DNA of 63,369 nt, the filler included, from an uncultured Methanosarcinales archaeon (GTDB lineage Archaea > Nanobdellota > Nanobdellia > Woesearchaeales > CAZKBD01): NCBI GenBank assembly GCA_964550945.1. It is 4 parts of 3 records of this genome, joined end to end, with 100 filler letters (N's around TTAATTAATTAA, not from the genome) between each part and the next. Parts side by side here need not be neighbours in the genome. Positions count along the whole stretch, not along the records: positions 33,692 to 63,369 come from CAZKBD010000010.1; 3 more parts are not named here. The stretch is one strand, 5' to 3'. Numbering within the stretch: position 1 is the first letter of the stretch; each line of letters starts with the position of its first letter. The position numbers and the translations under genes are program-made. Below, piece after piece: positions 42,160-57,100 of this stretch. The notes beneath the pieces were generated by a model. The model was not told the DNA's origin, did no database searches, and was given only the letters and a program-made list of their open reading frames with translations.

Positions 42160-45100
42160 ATGAAATGTAAAAAGAGGTTTGGGCTATTAGTAGCCCTAAG
42201 TTTAGTAATAGTCGTATTAGTAACTCTATTAGTTAGTGCCCTCTATCTTGACAAAAGGGAATTTCTGGTTGGGGAGAGTGTTATAATAAACACGAGCTAC
42301 CTGAACAGTTCTGGGCTTCGATTGGATATTTCTTCTGGTAACCTGACCTATAGCTATTTTGGCTCTGAAAACGAGATTGAGTTTATTCCAAACGAAGAAG
42401 GACATTACTTTGTTGAGCTATTCAACCTGTCAGCTAGTAATCTAGCAGATAGCACTGATTTTTTTGTTAATACTGGCAACATATCAACACAGATAATCAA
42501 CAAAGACACCTATACATTAGGAGAGACTGTAATTATCAATCTTGGCTCTTTTGGCGAAATAGAAGAAATTTTGATTAGGGGCGGGAAAAACGATTACAGA
42601 TTTATTGGCAATACCACCAGCACTTTAATTTTTAGGCCTCCGGCAATTGGTGACTATCAAATAAATATCATCTCAAAAAATCTAAGCTTCCAGAAAAGCT
42701 TCAGCGTTGTTGCAGAAGAACAGAAAAGCTTATTTGAGATTACAACCGATAAAAAAGAGTATTTTGTTAATGAGCTAGTGAATATTTATTTTAATTTTAT
42801 AGGGAATGACAGCTATGAGCTGATAATAAAGTCTGATGCAAACACCTACCAGTTCTTGGGTGTGCCTGAAAGCCCGTTAAAATTTATTCCGAAGCAACAT
42901 GGAGAATATAGGATTGAATTATGGAGCGGTTTCAATCTATTGGCTGCTTCTTTGTTTTCTGTAAAGCCTGAGAAAGCAGAAGAAACAGCTAAGAGGATAT
43001 CTACTGATAAAAAGGAATATTCTTTTGGGGATACTGTTTATATCACTCTTGAAGGTAATGCAACTGAGTTAAGGATATTTAATGAAAATAATTCTTATGT
43101 GTTTGAGAGTCCTGTAAACAGTATAAGCTTTGTTCCAAAAAGGGCCGGGTTATATACCCTCACCGCGGTTTTTTATTTAGGGAATGTTAGTGAAGAGGAA
43201 CATATTGATTTTTATGTCAAGGAAGAAGAGAAAAAGTTCGATTATTTTTCTCTTGATAATGAGGCTGTTATAAAAATTGATCTTTCTGATGAACTCGAAG
43301 CTAGAAAGACAATCATTGATAGGATATTTGGGCTGTCACCCATTGAGCAAATAAGGGCATATGTTGAAAACCAAACAGAAAATAAGAATTTTAATCTATC
43401 GATAGATAAGCTGCAGGGCAGCGAATTTATTATAAATATTAAGACTAATTCAAATATTGAGCCTGGATTTTATAGGCTTGTAGTAGAGGCTTATATTCAT
43501 GGCGACTTAGTTGTTAAGACAAGGGATTTCCAGTGGGGGAATATAGCAGAAGAAGTGTTTGAGAATGCTACAATAACCAATGAGGCAGCAGCTGAGATAG
43601 AAAAACAGCTAAAATACAATTTTTTAGCTTCTGAGATGGCTGTTATTACTGTTGATTTTACAAGCGAAGTAAACAAGCCAAGAACAATATTAGAAGCTGC
43701 TTTGAAGAGAACAAAGGTTGATAAGATAAGCGCCTATGTTGAAGGAGAAGAAAACAATACAAATTTTAATACCTACATTGAACCTATAGAATTTGATAAA
43801 TTTTCTGTTAAACTCTCAGACAAGAATCTTGATCCAGATGTGTATAATCTAATAGTTGTTGTAAAATCAGATGATGCTTTCTATGCAAAACAAGTTCTGT
43901 TTAACTGGGGTTTGGAGGGTATAGAGCAGATAGAAGAGAGAATCAAAATTAAAAATAAGACCACGCCCTTAAAGGAAATTCTGGATATAACAAAAATCAA
44001 TGCAACAGAAGGGATTATTGTTGAGAATGCGACAAATGTTTCTTTGGCTAATATTACAAATATAACTGGAGTAATTGAGAATATCACAGGGACCAATATT
44101 AGCGAAGCTGTTATAACTAATTTAACAGCTATTAATCTACCAATCAATAAATCACAAAAGTTAATTAACTTAAGTACTAAATTAATTAGTGAAAATGAAA
44201 CAAAAAACAGGTTTTCTATTAGGGATTCAGCCAAAGCAAAAAAAGAAAATTTTAGTTTAAGATTCCTAAAAAACGGGAATCCAATAAACGAGCTTGCTGA
44301 GAATGAGAAATATGATGTTGAAGTAGAGCTAGAGGCTGAAAAAGTAAAAAAAATCTTGTTTAAAAATCTTAAGATAGCACAAACTCTCGATTTAGGGATA
44401 GATAGTGTTTCTTTTGAAAAACCTGGCATCAAAAACAAAAAAATTTTGAAAAGTTATGCAATAGATTCGTCGCAATTGAATTTCACTGAAGCTACCGTAA
44501 TAATTATGGCACAAGGGACTGAGCTGTATAAATGTAAGGATTGGAGCTTTGCTGAGCAAAGATGTTATGGCAACTGGGAAAAGATTATGGATATCATCCC
44601 TGGGCAAGAATATTCTTTTATATTAACGCCCGGTGATCCAGGATATGCAGAAACTGGCGTTGCTTCTGTAAACACAAAAAAATCAGTTTATCATCCTGGT
44701 GAAACTGCTGAAATAATCATTGTTGTGCTGGATATTGCAGGACATTTGGTTTCAAATGCTAATGTTAATCTCGAAATTAGTGGCCCTAATGGGCAAAAAA
44801 CATATTATTCAACTAGTGATATGACTGTTTCTGAAACATCAAGGGGAATCTATGAGTCTCTTTTTGAAACTGGAATTGAAGGTAATTATTCTATGATTGT
44901 GCATGCTGAGCGGGATCTAGTTAATTCAACAATGCACTCTTATTTTACTGTGAGAGATTATTATGAATTTGATATTATAAGAAATACGCCAGTAACCACC
45001 GACCCATGGAAGGGCGCATTTGATTCTGCTGTAAGGATAATATCATTTGCAGATGTTGGAATATTTAATTTTACTGAGATATTGCCTGGAAATTTTACTA

Positions 45101-48100
45101 TTACTGATTCTGGCGGCGCTATTGTTGCCAGCACTTCAGATTCTAAAATCCTGATATGGACCAATCTGGATAACAATTCTGTTGTTAGCTATTCTGCTTT
45201 GCCTCCTTTTAAAACACCTGAACTTTATTCTATAGGGCCTAGCAGGGTTAATTATGGGTCTAGCGAATTCATTGAATTCAGGCCTTGGTATCTTGCTGTA
45301 GATCCAGAGGTTACAAGCTTCTTCGATAATTTTGGCACTGGAACTGAGCCAGATGCAGCAAAATGGACTGAAACAGGGGGATTGTGGGATATAGTAAGTG
45401 GGAGAGGCCATGCTGAAAATTGTGATCCTCCAGGAGACCAAATAACATCGATAAGTATTGACCTATCACAAAGCCTATCAGCTAATCTGAGCTTTGCGTG
45501 GGAAATAAATGGGATGGATAGTGGTAGCGAGTGCCTATACCTTGACTTGTACAACAGGACCACATGGATAACCCAAGTTTGGTCTAGATGCGGAGCTAAT
45601 GCAGCAGGAACACAAGTGATAGATCTAGCAGGGTATATAGGGGGAAATTTTCAGCTAAGGTTTGATTGCCAATGCGATAACCCAAGCGATGATGCATATG
45701 TTGATAATGTAAATTTAACAAGTTTCCAGGCAGCTGATACGCCGCCAACATGGTCAAATAACCTTGTTAATGACAGTGCAATCTATCAGGGAGAATGGGT
45801 TAATTTTACAGTCCAATTTAATGATAATCTTCAATTGAATTATTCAATATTCAGCACTAATCTCTCGGGGAGATGGGCAAATGATTCAATAGTAAAATTC
45901 ACAGCAAAGCCGCAAAATGCGACGAATTCAACATATATCAACCAGACTGCAGGGTATGTTGTTGGGTGGAGATTTTACGCAAATGACAGCATAGGGCAAT
46001 GGAATGAAACATCTATTTTCAATTTCACTGTCTTAGGCGTATCATGGAACAATAAATCCCAGATGAGCTTTGGAGCAGTAGAGGCTGGAAGCATCAAGAG
46101 CTTCAATAGTACTATAGCGTCTTATGGGTCAAATACCAATGCTGCTGTAGCTTGTTTTGGCAACTGCAGCTATTTCCAAAGCAATTGGTCAACTGTTGCG
46201 ATGACTGGCAATTCTTTAGACATAATGATAAACTGCAGCGGCTCTTTGGCAGGAACCTATTCTGCTAATTACACTTTAGGATCGACACAGGATAAGATCA
46301 ATGACAGCATCCCTGTGAGCTGCACAATACAAGATACAGCTGCGCCAACAGTCCAGCTTGAAACCCCTGCCAATAACTCGTTTTGGCAAGAAGGATTCAA
46401 TATTGACTTCAATTTTAATGTTTCTGAAATTGCTGATTTGAGGAATTGCACTTTGATAGTTAATGGGCGGATCAATAAGACCAACAATACAGAAATTCTA
46501 AAAAGCACGGCTGGGCAAAAGATAACTCAAACAGTTGGAATTGGCAACTATAACTGGAGCATAAACTGCACAGATGTTAATGGCATTACTGGGGCGTCAT
46601 ATATCTACAATCTTACAGTAGATCAGGACCTATCAGCTCCGACTATCACGATAGTCTTTCCATTGAATGGATCATCTACTAATGATAATCCTGTTTACTT
46701 AAATATAACCACTAATGAAAATGCAACCTGCAAATACAATTCAACTAACTCTTCATTCAACTTTAATGTCAGCGGAAAATTATTCACAAATACTGTAAAC
46801 TTGCTGCATTCAGAAACACTTGGCAGCCTAGCTGAAGAAAATTACGCTTATTACATAAAATGCAATGACACTTTTGGCAATATAAACAACAATGCAAACC
46901 AAGCTTATACTAATTTTACTTTTGACAGGGCTATCCCAAATGTTAGCTTAAATTTTCCTGCAAATAACTCAAATTATTCAATCTCTAATGTGGTCTTTAA
47001 TTGGACTGCTTTTGACAGCTATGCAGACAACAACCTGAGCTGCAACCTAACAATTAATGGGCTTGTTAATGCTTCTAATATTGGCTCATTGAACAACAGC
47101 CCAAGTAACAAGACAGTATATATGAATAATGGGACATATTATTGGAATGTAACTTGCTGGGATGATGCTGGCAACACAAATAATTCAGTTTATTGGGTCT
47201 TGAATATTGATGGGGATGGACCAATAATACCTTCAGCATCTGTTAGCTCATCTCCGTCTGTTGCATCAGCTGGAAGCTCGATTGTAATTACTGCTAATGT
47301 GAGTGATGGCTATTCAAATGTTAGCACAGTGTTTGTAAATATTACTTTGCATACCTCAGGCACACACTACTCGTACAAGATGGCTTCGATTGGGCAAAAT
47401 CAATACAGCTACACATTTACTGATACAGCCACAGTTGACATTTATGATTATACCATATGGTCAAATGACACAGCAAGCCCTACAATCAATTTTGGATCTT
47501 CAGGGCTAAACTCATTTGAGATAGCTGGAATTAGGACTATACTAAGCATACAAACATTAAACAAGACATATGGCCAAAACAATATTGTAAATATTTCCCA
47601 AAATCAAAAAAACCATACAGCTAATCTTGAGAGCGCTGGCAGGACAATATTTGCTTATAACTCCTCTGGATTCAAGAGGTATAACTATTCAAATTATCTA
47701 AATGAAGCACAGCATGCTTATTACAGCCAGGCTGCAGGCGCAAATCCTCCTAGCTCAGGCCCTGTAATCACTGGAGAAATTGAATTCACTGCTGCTTATT
47801 ACGCAGCCTCGAATTTCTCTGACGATTCAAGAGTGGATGCTGGGCCTGCAAATGATATCAAAAGCCACAGATTCCAGTTTAATATCACTACAGATGTTTC
47901 TTTGATACAGAATATTGTTCTATTTTACGAGGGGCATAGCACTGGCGGAGAAACTATTGTGTTGTATGTTTGGGATTATTCGTCTCTTGCATGGGAGTCG
48001 CTTGGAAGCTATAGCACAGCTGGTGTTGACTGGAAAGCAAGCTATACTAAATCGTCTAGCTTATCTAATTACATAAACTCGAGCGGTTTGCTGCAAATGG

Positions 48101-51100
48101 CTGTGGTTACAAATACTCCTGCCAGCGCTGAGCGCCTTAGGACTGACCATGTCCACCTTAATGTAAGCTGGTTAAATGAAACAGATGGAGAGGCAAGCTC
48201 TTCCTTTGTAAATTATACTTCAATCGGATCAGAAAATTATACTAAGCTGACAGACATAAACATTGACATAATCACTGGGCATTACAATGCAAGCGGTTCG
48301 ATAATAGCGGGCAATAATTATCCTGATTTAGAGGTGCAGGTTTTTGATGGAGGGCAATATTCTTACAATTATTCCTGCAGCTTAAACAGCACCTATAGCA
48401 ATGGAGGAACTTTTGACTATAACTGCACAGACCAAATAGTGAATAAGACGATTCTTGCAGCATGGGCCAACGCCTCAAACAGAATGATAAGGGTGAGGGG
48501 CATAAATCTTGACTCAGAAGGAGCTGGACAGGATATGTTAAACTGGAGCGCTGTATATGTGCATTTGGAAACTCCATCAAAAGTTGAGAATTATGGATTA
48601 TTAAACCTTTCAGGCAGGCTATTATTAAAAATAGAAAAGCTTAATGGTACCAACTGGAATACTGTAAACGTGCTGCATAATGATTCATTAAATGTGGCGG
48701 TGAACCAGTCTATTGACATATCCTCTTATTGGAATGATGACAACTGGACTACTGATACGAGAGAGCTAGGCGAGTATAGGGCATATTCAGCACTTACTGA
48801 CTCCAGCGGCAATGTATTGCAGCATCAGGATGGCAGCTATCTGAATGACTCTTTTATTTTTAATATAAGCTATCTTAAGATTGAGATTCAAAACCCAATC
48901 AATGGATCAACAGTTGATGCCACTGGATTTTGGGCGAATATAAGCTTGAATGACAGCTATTACTCAAGCGGCGGCTGGTGCGTTTTTAGCATGGATAATG
49001 GCGCTAATATAACTATGAATAATGATAGTGGAAGGCACTTCTACAATTACACTAACTATACAACAGTTGCGCAGCACAATATCACTTTTTATTGCAATGA
49101 CACCAGAAATGTGATAACTCATGCTGTTACCCTTTTTAGCGCAACTGACCAAACCTCACCAACAGTTAACCAGATGTACCCTCCGAATGACGCAGATGGC
49201 CTTGGGTCTGAAATAACCTTCAAGTATAATGTCAGCGATTTAGTCTCAACAATTGCGAATTGTACGGTCTATGTTGATGAAGGAAGCGGTGGAGAGATTA
49301 AGCAAACGAACTTCTCTGTGTCTAAGGATAAGGAGATGAATACTACTATTAGTGGGATATCTACAGGAGAAGCGCATACATGGGTTGTTAAATGTTATGA
49401 TAGCTCTACTAATAATAACCTTGGCGCTTCATCAACAAGAAATTTCTTTGCTGGCACTGATTCAGATCCACCAAGCATTGGATTGGGAAATCCCCAGGAT
49501 GATGATATAAGGTCAAATAATGATGTTACATTCTTTCACTATGCTTATGACGCTTCAGGAATAGATAATTGTACCTTGATCCTAAACCAAAGGGCAAATG
49601 CCACAAACCAATCTGCAGTTAAATTATCGTTTACTGTTACTGATAATAATATAACCCTTACAGATATGCCTATTGGCCAATATAATTGGACTGTCAATTG
49701 TACAGACAGCTCTTCTTGGCACAATATTGGAACTTATGAGCCGCACAGGAATCTGACAATTATCCAGGATACAGACTATCCTGCAATAACCCTTATCTGG
49801 CCTCAAACCAGCTATACTGACAGCGATGGAAATATTGACTTTCAATTTAATGTAACTGATGCTTCTTCAGGAATAACTAATTGCAGTGTAGTCATAAATG
49901 ATACAATCAACAGTACAGATGCAACAATATCAGAAGGGACTACAATTACCATCCCTGTTTATAATATATCTCAAGGAGACTGGAATTGGTACATCAATTG
50001 TACAGATAACAGCTATCAGACTAACAGAAATAATTCAGAACGAAGAAATTTCACTATCACTATTCTACAGAATCTTATTGTAAATGTAAGTACTAATCAA
50101 AGCAGCTATCAGAAAGGGACTGAGCAAAATGACACAATATACACTTTAACAAGGGTAACTGACCAGCTAGGCAATGCTTTAAACTCTTCTGTGATTACAG
50201 ATATAATAAGCACAAATACAACATTGCAGTGGTGGAATACTAGTTGGAAGAGAAGGAAAGCCATTTATTTGAATGAGACTGACGGCTTTAATAGAGACCA
50301 ATACCTTATTGAGGTTAATGTCAGCGGTTTAGCAGGATTTGTAACAAACTGCAATTGGCAATTAAGAATCATTGAGAATATAACGACCAAATTTTCAGAG
50401 GTTCCATTCCAAGTTCTAAAAGGCGATAATTCCACATGGTGCAGCGTAGCGTTTAAGGCAAACCTAACCGCTAATAAAAACGAACAAACTAGGTATTACG
50501 CTTATTACAATTATTCAGGAGCTGCAAACCCGAATTATAATGCAGTGGTTATTCCTGGCATAAGGATATACAATTATTCAAACTATGGGGCTGATGGGCA
50601 TCGCGCTTATTACAGCGATAATCCCTCTAGTGGTGGGCCACAGCCGCCAAGTATTGGCCCTGCTCTTGATGGCGAAGTTGAGTTTACGAGCCAACAGTAC
50701 AATAATATAAAAACATCAGATACAACGAGAGCAGCAACTTCTCAAGTGGCTACAGAGCGAAGCTTCAAATTTATCATTAACACCACAGGCAATGTTTCAG
50801 ATATGACTAACTTAAGCTTTTATTGGCAAGGCTATTCTGAAGGCAGCACTTCACAGCCAGTGATACTTTATTTACGAAATTTTACAGGCTCAAGCTGGAA
50901 GCAATTTGGCGAGCATTCCACTTCAGCAGGAGATAATACCACCCAAAACTGGACAAACAAGGGAATATCAGATTATATAAATTCTACCGGCCAGATGGTA
51001 ATTGCAGTAGTTACTGCTGATCCTACTGGAGGAGGTGACTTCTTCTATACAAATTACATCTATGCAACAACAACAATTGAAGCTCGGAGCAATATATCCA

Positions 51101-54100
51101 GTTTGGGAGTAGTACAGGAATTCATAAATAGGAGTATAAATGATACGGGATCTGATGGAATCTTTGGCTTTAATATCAGCAGCGATGGTTTGGATTTAGG
51201 ATGGTATAGCGCAATTTCAAGGGTCAGTTCAACTAATTATCAAAACGCTACTAATAGCACATTATTTAGGATCATTGCAGATGTCACAGCACCGCAAGTT
51301 AACCTGATGTCTCCAGTACCATCCTATTCAAGTACCACAGGAAACATCACTTATGAGTATAATGTTTCTGACTGGCATAGCAGTATTGCGAACTGCACTT
51401 TGATAATTAACAACAACAGAAACATCTCTAATCTCACAGCAATAACTGAAAATTCCAAATTGAATTTCACATTGAACAGTATTAGCAATGGAGATTACAC
51501 ATGGAATGTTAATTGTACTGATAACAGCGCTAATAATAATATTGGAACTGGCACATCAAGGGCATTCTCTGTGCAGTTTGACTCTAGGGGGCCAGGCATT
51601 AATCTGCTCACACCCACCAATTGGTGGAATGATACCAATGGAGCAGTGAATTTTACGTATAATGCGAACGATGATTACAACAATATTGCAAATTGCAGTT
51701 TGGTTATAAATGGCACAATCAACATAACAAGAACAAATGTTCCTGAAGGCGTTACACAGGATTTTGGGCAATGGAACCTTAGCAGCGGAGACTATTACTG
51801 GTACATCAATTGCACGGACAGCAGCGCTGCAAACAACATGAACCAATCACTTATTAGGAATTTTAGCGTTCAAATTGATACTGTTGCACCAAGCATTAAT
51901 ATTCTGTCTCCTGGCATAACATCTCAAAGCACCACAGGAAATGTTTCTTTTGTATTTAATGTGACTGACGCAATTTCAAATATTGCAAACTGCAGCATAA
52001 TCTTTAATGGAACAATAAACTTCACTAACTCTAGTGTTAACAAAAACACAATGCAGAATTATACAATTTTTAACATTACTAATGGGCTTACTTTGTGGAA
52101 TATCAGTTGTGCAGACAATTCAGAGAACTATAATATTAACATAACAGCCTCAAGAAATTTGACTGTGGCAACTGACACAGATGGGCCTGCAATATATTTA
52201 GAGGATCCTCCATCTGATGCGCAGGTTACAATCACTGATGTTTTCTTTAAGTATAATGTTAGTGATTTGGCTAGCGGAGTAGTGAATTGCAGCCTATTCA
52301 TAAATGGCAGCATAAACTGGACTAACACTAGCATCCAGGAATCAAGGAGCCAGAACTTTAGCATATACAGTATTGCTAATGGGGATTATGTGTGGTGGGT
52401 GAATTGTACAGATGACTGCACTTTAAATAATAATGCCATGTCAGAAAAAAGGAATTTGACAATTGGGCTGGATACAACTCCTCCTGTGATAACTCTTCAA
52501 TATCCTCCTGAGACAGGCTTTAATGATACTGATGGAACTGCCACATTTAGGTATAAAGTAAATGATTATGCTTCTGATATTGCAAACTGCAGCATTATTA
52601 TTGACGGCAAACTAAACCAAACTAATTCCTCGTATATTTATGAGAATAAAGACAATCAAAATTTCACAATTGCTAATATCTCCAACAGCACACACACATG
52701 GCAGATAAACTGCACTGATAAAGCTGCAATACCTAATCAAGGCAATAGCAGCATCAGAATCTTCTTAATTAATTTGGATTTTGATGGGCCTGCTGTTGCA
52801 TTAATCTCTCCGCAAAACAACAGCTTGGACAGTGACGGGCATGTTACTTTCAGCTATAATGTTAGCGATGCTATTTCTGATATATCCAACTGCAGCCTCA
52901 TAATCAACAATCAGCTTAACAGAACCAATACAAGCGTGGTTGAAGGAGCAGCTCTGAACTTTATGTTATTAAATATGTCTGACGGCCAATACAACTGGAG
53001 TGTAAATTGCAGTGATAATTCAGACAGCAGAAATACAAATAGCTCTGAAACAAGAAACCTAACTGTATTGATTGATAATGTTCCTCCTGCTATAAATCTT
53101 TCGAGCCCTGCAAACAATACTCTAGATACAGATGGGATAAGGATATTCTATTACAATGTTTCAGATTACCTGACTAATATCACTTCATGTTCGCTTATAT
53201 TCAATGGCCAAGCGCAAAAAACAAATACTTCTGTTAGAGAAGACATCATCCAGAATTTTAGCATGGAGAATATTGCAAACGGCCAATACAACTGGAGTGT
53301 AAATTGCACTGATGGCTCTGACAACCACAATGTAAATGCATCAGAAATAAGGAATTTCACAGTAATGGTTGATATAACGCCGCCTTCAGTAAGGCTAATA
53401 TCTCCAGATAACTTTACCCAAGATATTGATAATAATGTATTTTTTGTTTATAATGTAAGCGATTATTTCCCAATTGCAAATTGCAGCCTGATAATTAATG
53501 GCACTCTCAACTGGACTAATAGCTCTATTCAAACAAACATATCGCAAAATTTCTCAATATACAATATGCCAAATGGAACATATGAATGGTCTATCAACTG
53601 CACTGATACAACTGAGACAAACAATAGGAATAAATCAGAGACAAGGATATTGATTGTTGAGCCAGATGTCACTGCTCCTTTAATAAATCTGGAATACCCT
53701 CCCCAATGGCTTACAGATACAGATGGGGACGTATATTTTAATTATAATGTGAGCGATTTTGCAAGTGGAATAGCAAATTGCAGTTTAGTAATCAATGGAG
53801 CAAGGAATTATACCAATTCTAGTATAATAGAAGGCATATCGCAAAATTTCTCTATATTGGGTATGGCAAATGGAAACTATTCTTGGCAAATAAATTGTAC
53901 AGACACAAGCATAAGGAATAATGTTGGCAACAGCTCAATCAGAAATCTGACTATTGGCACAGATGTCACAGGGCCTACAGTGAATTTGGTTAGCCCGTCT
54001 AATAATACAATCACTCCAGACAGAACAGTTATTTTTGGCTATACTGTTTATGACACAGCTTCTTCTATCCGCAATTGCAGCTTAATGATAAATGACATTG

Positions 54101-57100
54101 TGAATAGAACAAACACGACAGTTACAAACGATGAAAATCTGGTGCAAACATTCACTATGCAAGATATGCCTGAGAAAAGCTATATATGGAGAATTAATTG
54201 CTCTGACAGTGCAAACAATTTTGGCTACAGCACTTTGTATAACTTCACAATTAACTATCCAGACTTACTCAATGTGCTGATCAATGCCACTAACCAGTCA
54301 TATGAGGAAGGGAGCATTGTTAGATTTACGACAAACACAACAGACAATGCGACTAATCAGTTGAATGCTTCTCTTAGCGTTGATATAATCCAAGGCAATG
54401 CAAGCTTTGGATGGTGGAACACAAGCTGGCGCTACAGAATACCAATTTTCATAAACAGCACAAATGTTTCCAGGATAGATAGGCTAATTGAGCAGAGGAT
54501 TAATTTCACTGAAAGATTAAATAGCGAGCTAAGCCTGCAGAACAGCTTTGACCACAAATCAGTTAGAGTGGTTGAGCTGGCCAGCAACCAATCAAACGAA
54601 ATCCCAAGCCAGTTTAATCTGGATAGTGATTATAATGCGCTAACAAATGCTATTGGAACAACATATTGGATCTTAAACTCAACTACACAACAAAATACGA
54701 TAAGGTATTACTATATCTATTTTGAGACTGCAGACAATTCAAAGCCCGGCAAGAATTATTCTATGCCCACACTTAACTTTTATGGAACCTCAAAAACAGT
54801 AAGCTACAATGGAGGGAGCATAACTGCTGACAAAGTTGCAGTAAATCAAAGCGGGGGCTCTTTTAGTCTGCAATTTGCTAATGGAAATGAGCTTCAAGGC
54901 CAGGACAGCATAGGCTACCAAGGAGGAGGCAGCATATGGAATATAACTCTAGCTAACACGCTGCTGACAAATCTGCATTCAACAATTGTGCCGTTCTCGA
55001 TAATGACTCAAGGCTATCTGTCAGCTAACAATAGCATTTCTGTTGACACTGGCTCTGTTGTGACCAAGATAAGGGTAAACGGAAATGCGACATTGCTTGC
55101 AGACTCGAATGCAGAAATAAACTACACAATATGGTTTAGCGGATCAGAAATATTCATGAAAGCTCAGCTTTATGCTTATTTCGGAGCTGGAGCAAATGAC
55201 CCTGCAAGCCGCTATCAAAACATATGGCTTGCTTATCTGCTTGACAATGAAACTAACTGGGGCGCTTATCTAGACAATGGAGTGAGCATGCCCTTCTCAA
55301 GACAGCACAGGTATAAAAATACCCAACCCGGAGGAAATGATAATGTTTATGCCAGCAGCTGGTATCAGGAAAACGATACGCTAGGATCAATAAATGTCTA
55401 TGCGGAGAATTTTAAGAAAAACGGAGCTGAGCAGGCAAAGGGTGTTGTTATTTTTGATGATGGAACACAAACAGCCCCGGAATCAGACTCTATAGGATTT
55501 AATTACAATGAAAACCAGATAACAGCTGGCACGACTTACTATATCAATGCACTAATGGTCTTTTCCACTGATGGAAGCACTTCAAGGATTTTGAGTTTAA
55601 GGGAAGATATTGAATCACAAATAAACATTACAAGCTACAGGGCAGAGAAGTTGATCAACAGAACCAGCGGCATAACAACAAATGGCATTTTTTATAACAA
55701 TTGGAGCAGCACAAATTATAGCAGTGGCTGGTATAGCGCAGTTGCTTCTGCAAACATCACTCCATTTTACAAATTTGGATCTGATTATGCATTATTTGAG
55801 ATTACTGCAGATTTAATAGTACCAACAATCAATATTAGCACTCCAGAAGGATGGATAAAAGATGCGAATATAACCTTTGCATATAACCCCTTCGATAATA
55901 ACCTAATGATAGCTAATTGCACATTAGTGCTAAATAATGCGGCTAATATCACAAACAGCTCAGTGATAAACAGCCAATGGAATTATTTCTATTTGTATAC
56001 TATGCCTCAAAGAACTTATAACTGGAGTGTAAATTGCACTGATGAGGCAGGCAATAAGGGCAATAGCTCACAAAAAACAATCTATGTAGATTATACAAAG
56101 CCTTCAATTAATTTGAGCTATCCAAACAATTCTGTCACAATAAACACATCCCTTGTTGAATTTAATTTCACAGCACTTGATAATATGGCTGTTAATTTAA
56201 CATGCAACCTAACATTAAATGGAGTAAACCAGGGAACTGTAAGTGCGACAAATGGAACACTCACTAACATAACGCAATCACTAGCCCAAGGCACTTACTT
56301 GTGGAATATCACTTGCAATGATCTTGCTGGAAATGTAAACACTTCTGAAACAAGGACTTTTGTCATTGATACAGGGCCGCCAATAGTGACTTTGGTAAGC
56401 CCAAAATCACCAAACAATTGGGATAAGGATGGCAACATTACTTTTATTTATACAGCAGCAGACTCATCAACAATATCAAATTGCTCTTTAATAATCGATG
56501 GCAAACTAAACTGGACTAACCATTCAATTAGCAATGGAGGGTATAATAATTTTACAGCAACATCTATGTCTAGCGGCAGGTACAATTGGACAGTAAATTG
56601 CAGCGATGCTGGAGCACAAATTGGTACAGCTGCTGCTGAATTATTCTATGTTGATCTGATAAAGCCAAATATTACCCTGAGTAGGCCTCAGCAAAATGCC
56701 ACCTTAAATATAACGACTATTGAATTTAATTTTACAGCAACAGACAACTTAGATACCAATCTAACATGCAACCTCACTTTAAATGGGGTTGTAAGGCATG
56801 AGGCTTTCCAGGCAGACAATGGCTCAATAACCTCAAAAGCAGTCTCGAGCTTGACAGATGGATTTTATTTGTGGAATGTGACATGTGTAGATAATGCTAC
56901 GCAGGCCAATACAAGCGAAACCTGGAATTTCACCATAGACACAGTACCTACAATTGCTCTCAATAATCCTGACAACAATCGCTGGTTTAGCGCTAGAAAT
57001 ATCACATTCTATTATGCGCCAAGCGATACTGTTGGCTTGGTGAACTGCAGCTTTATTCTTAACAGTATAGTTAATCAGACAAATAGAACTATATTAAATA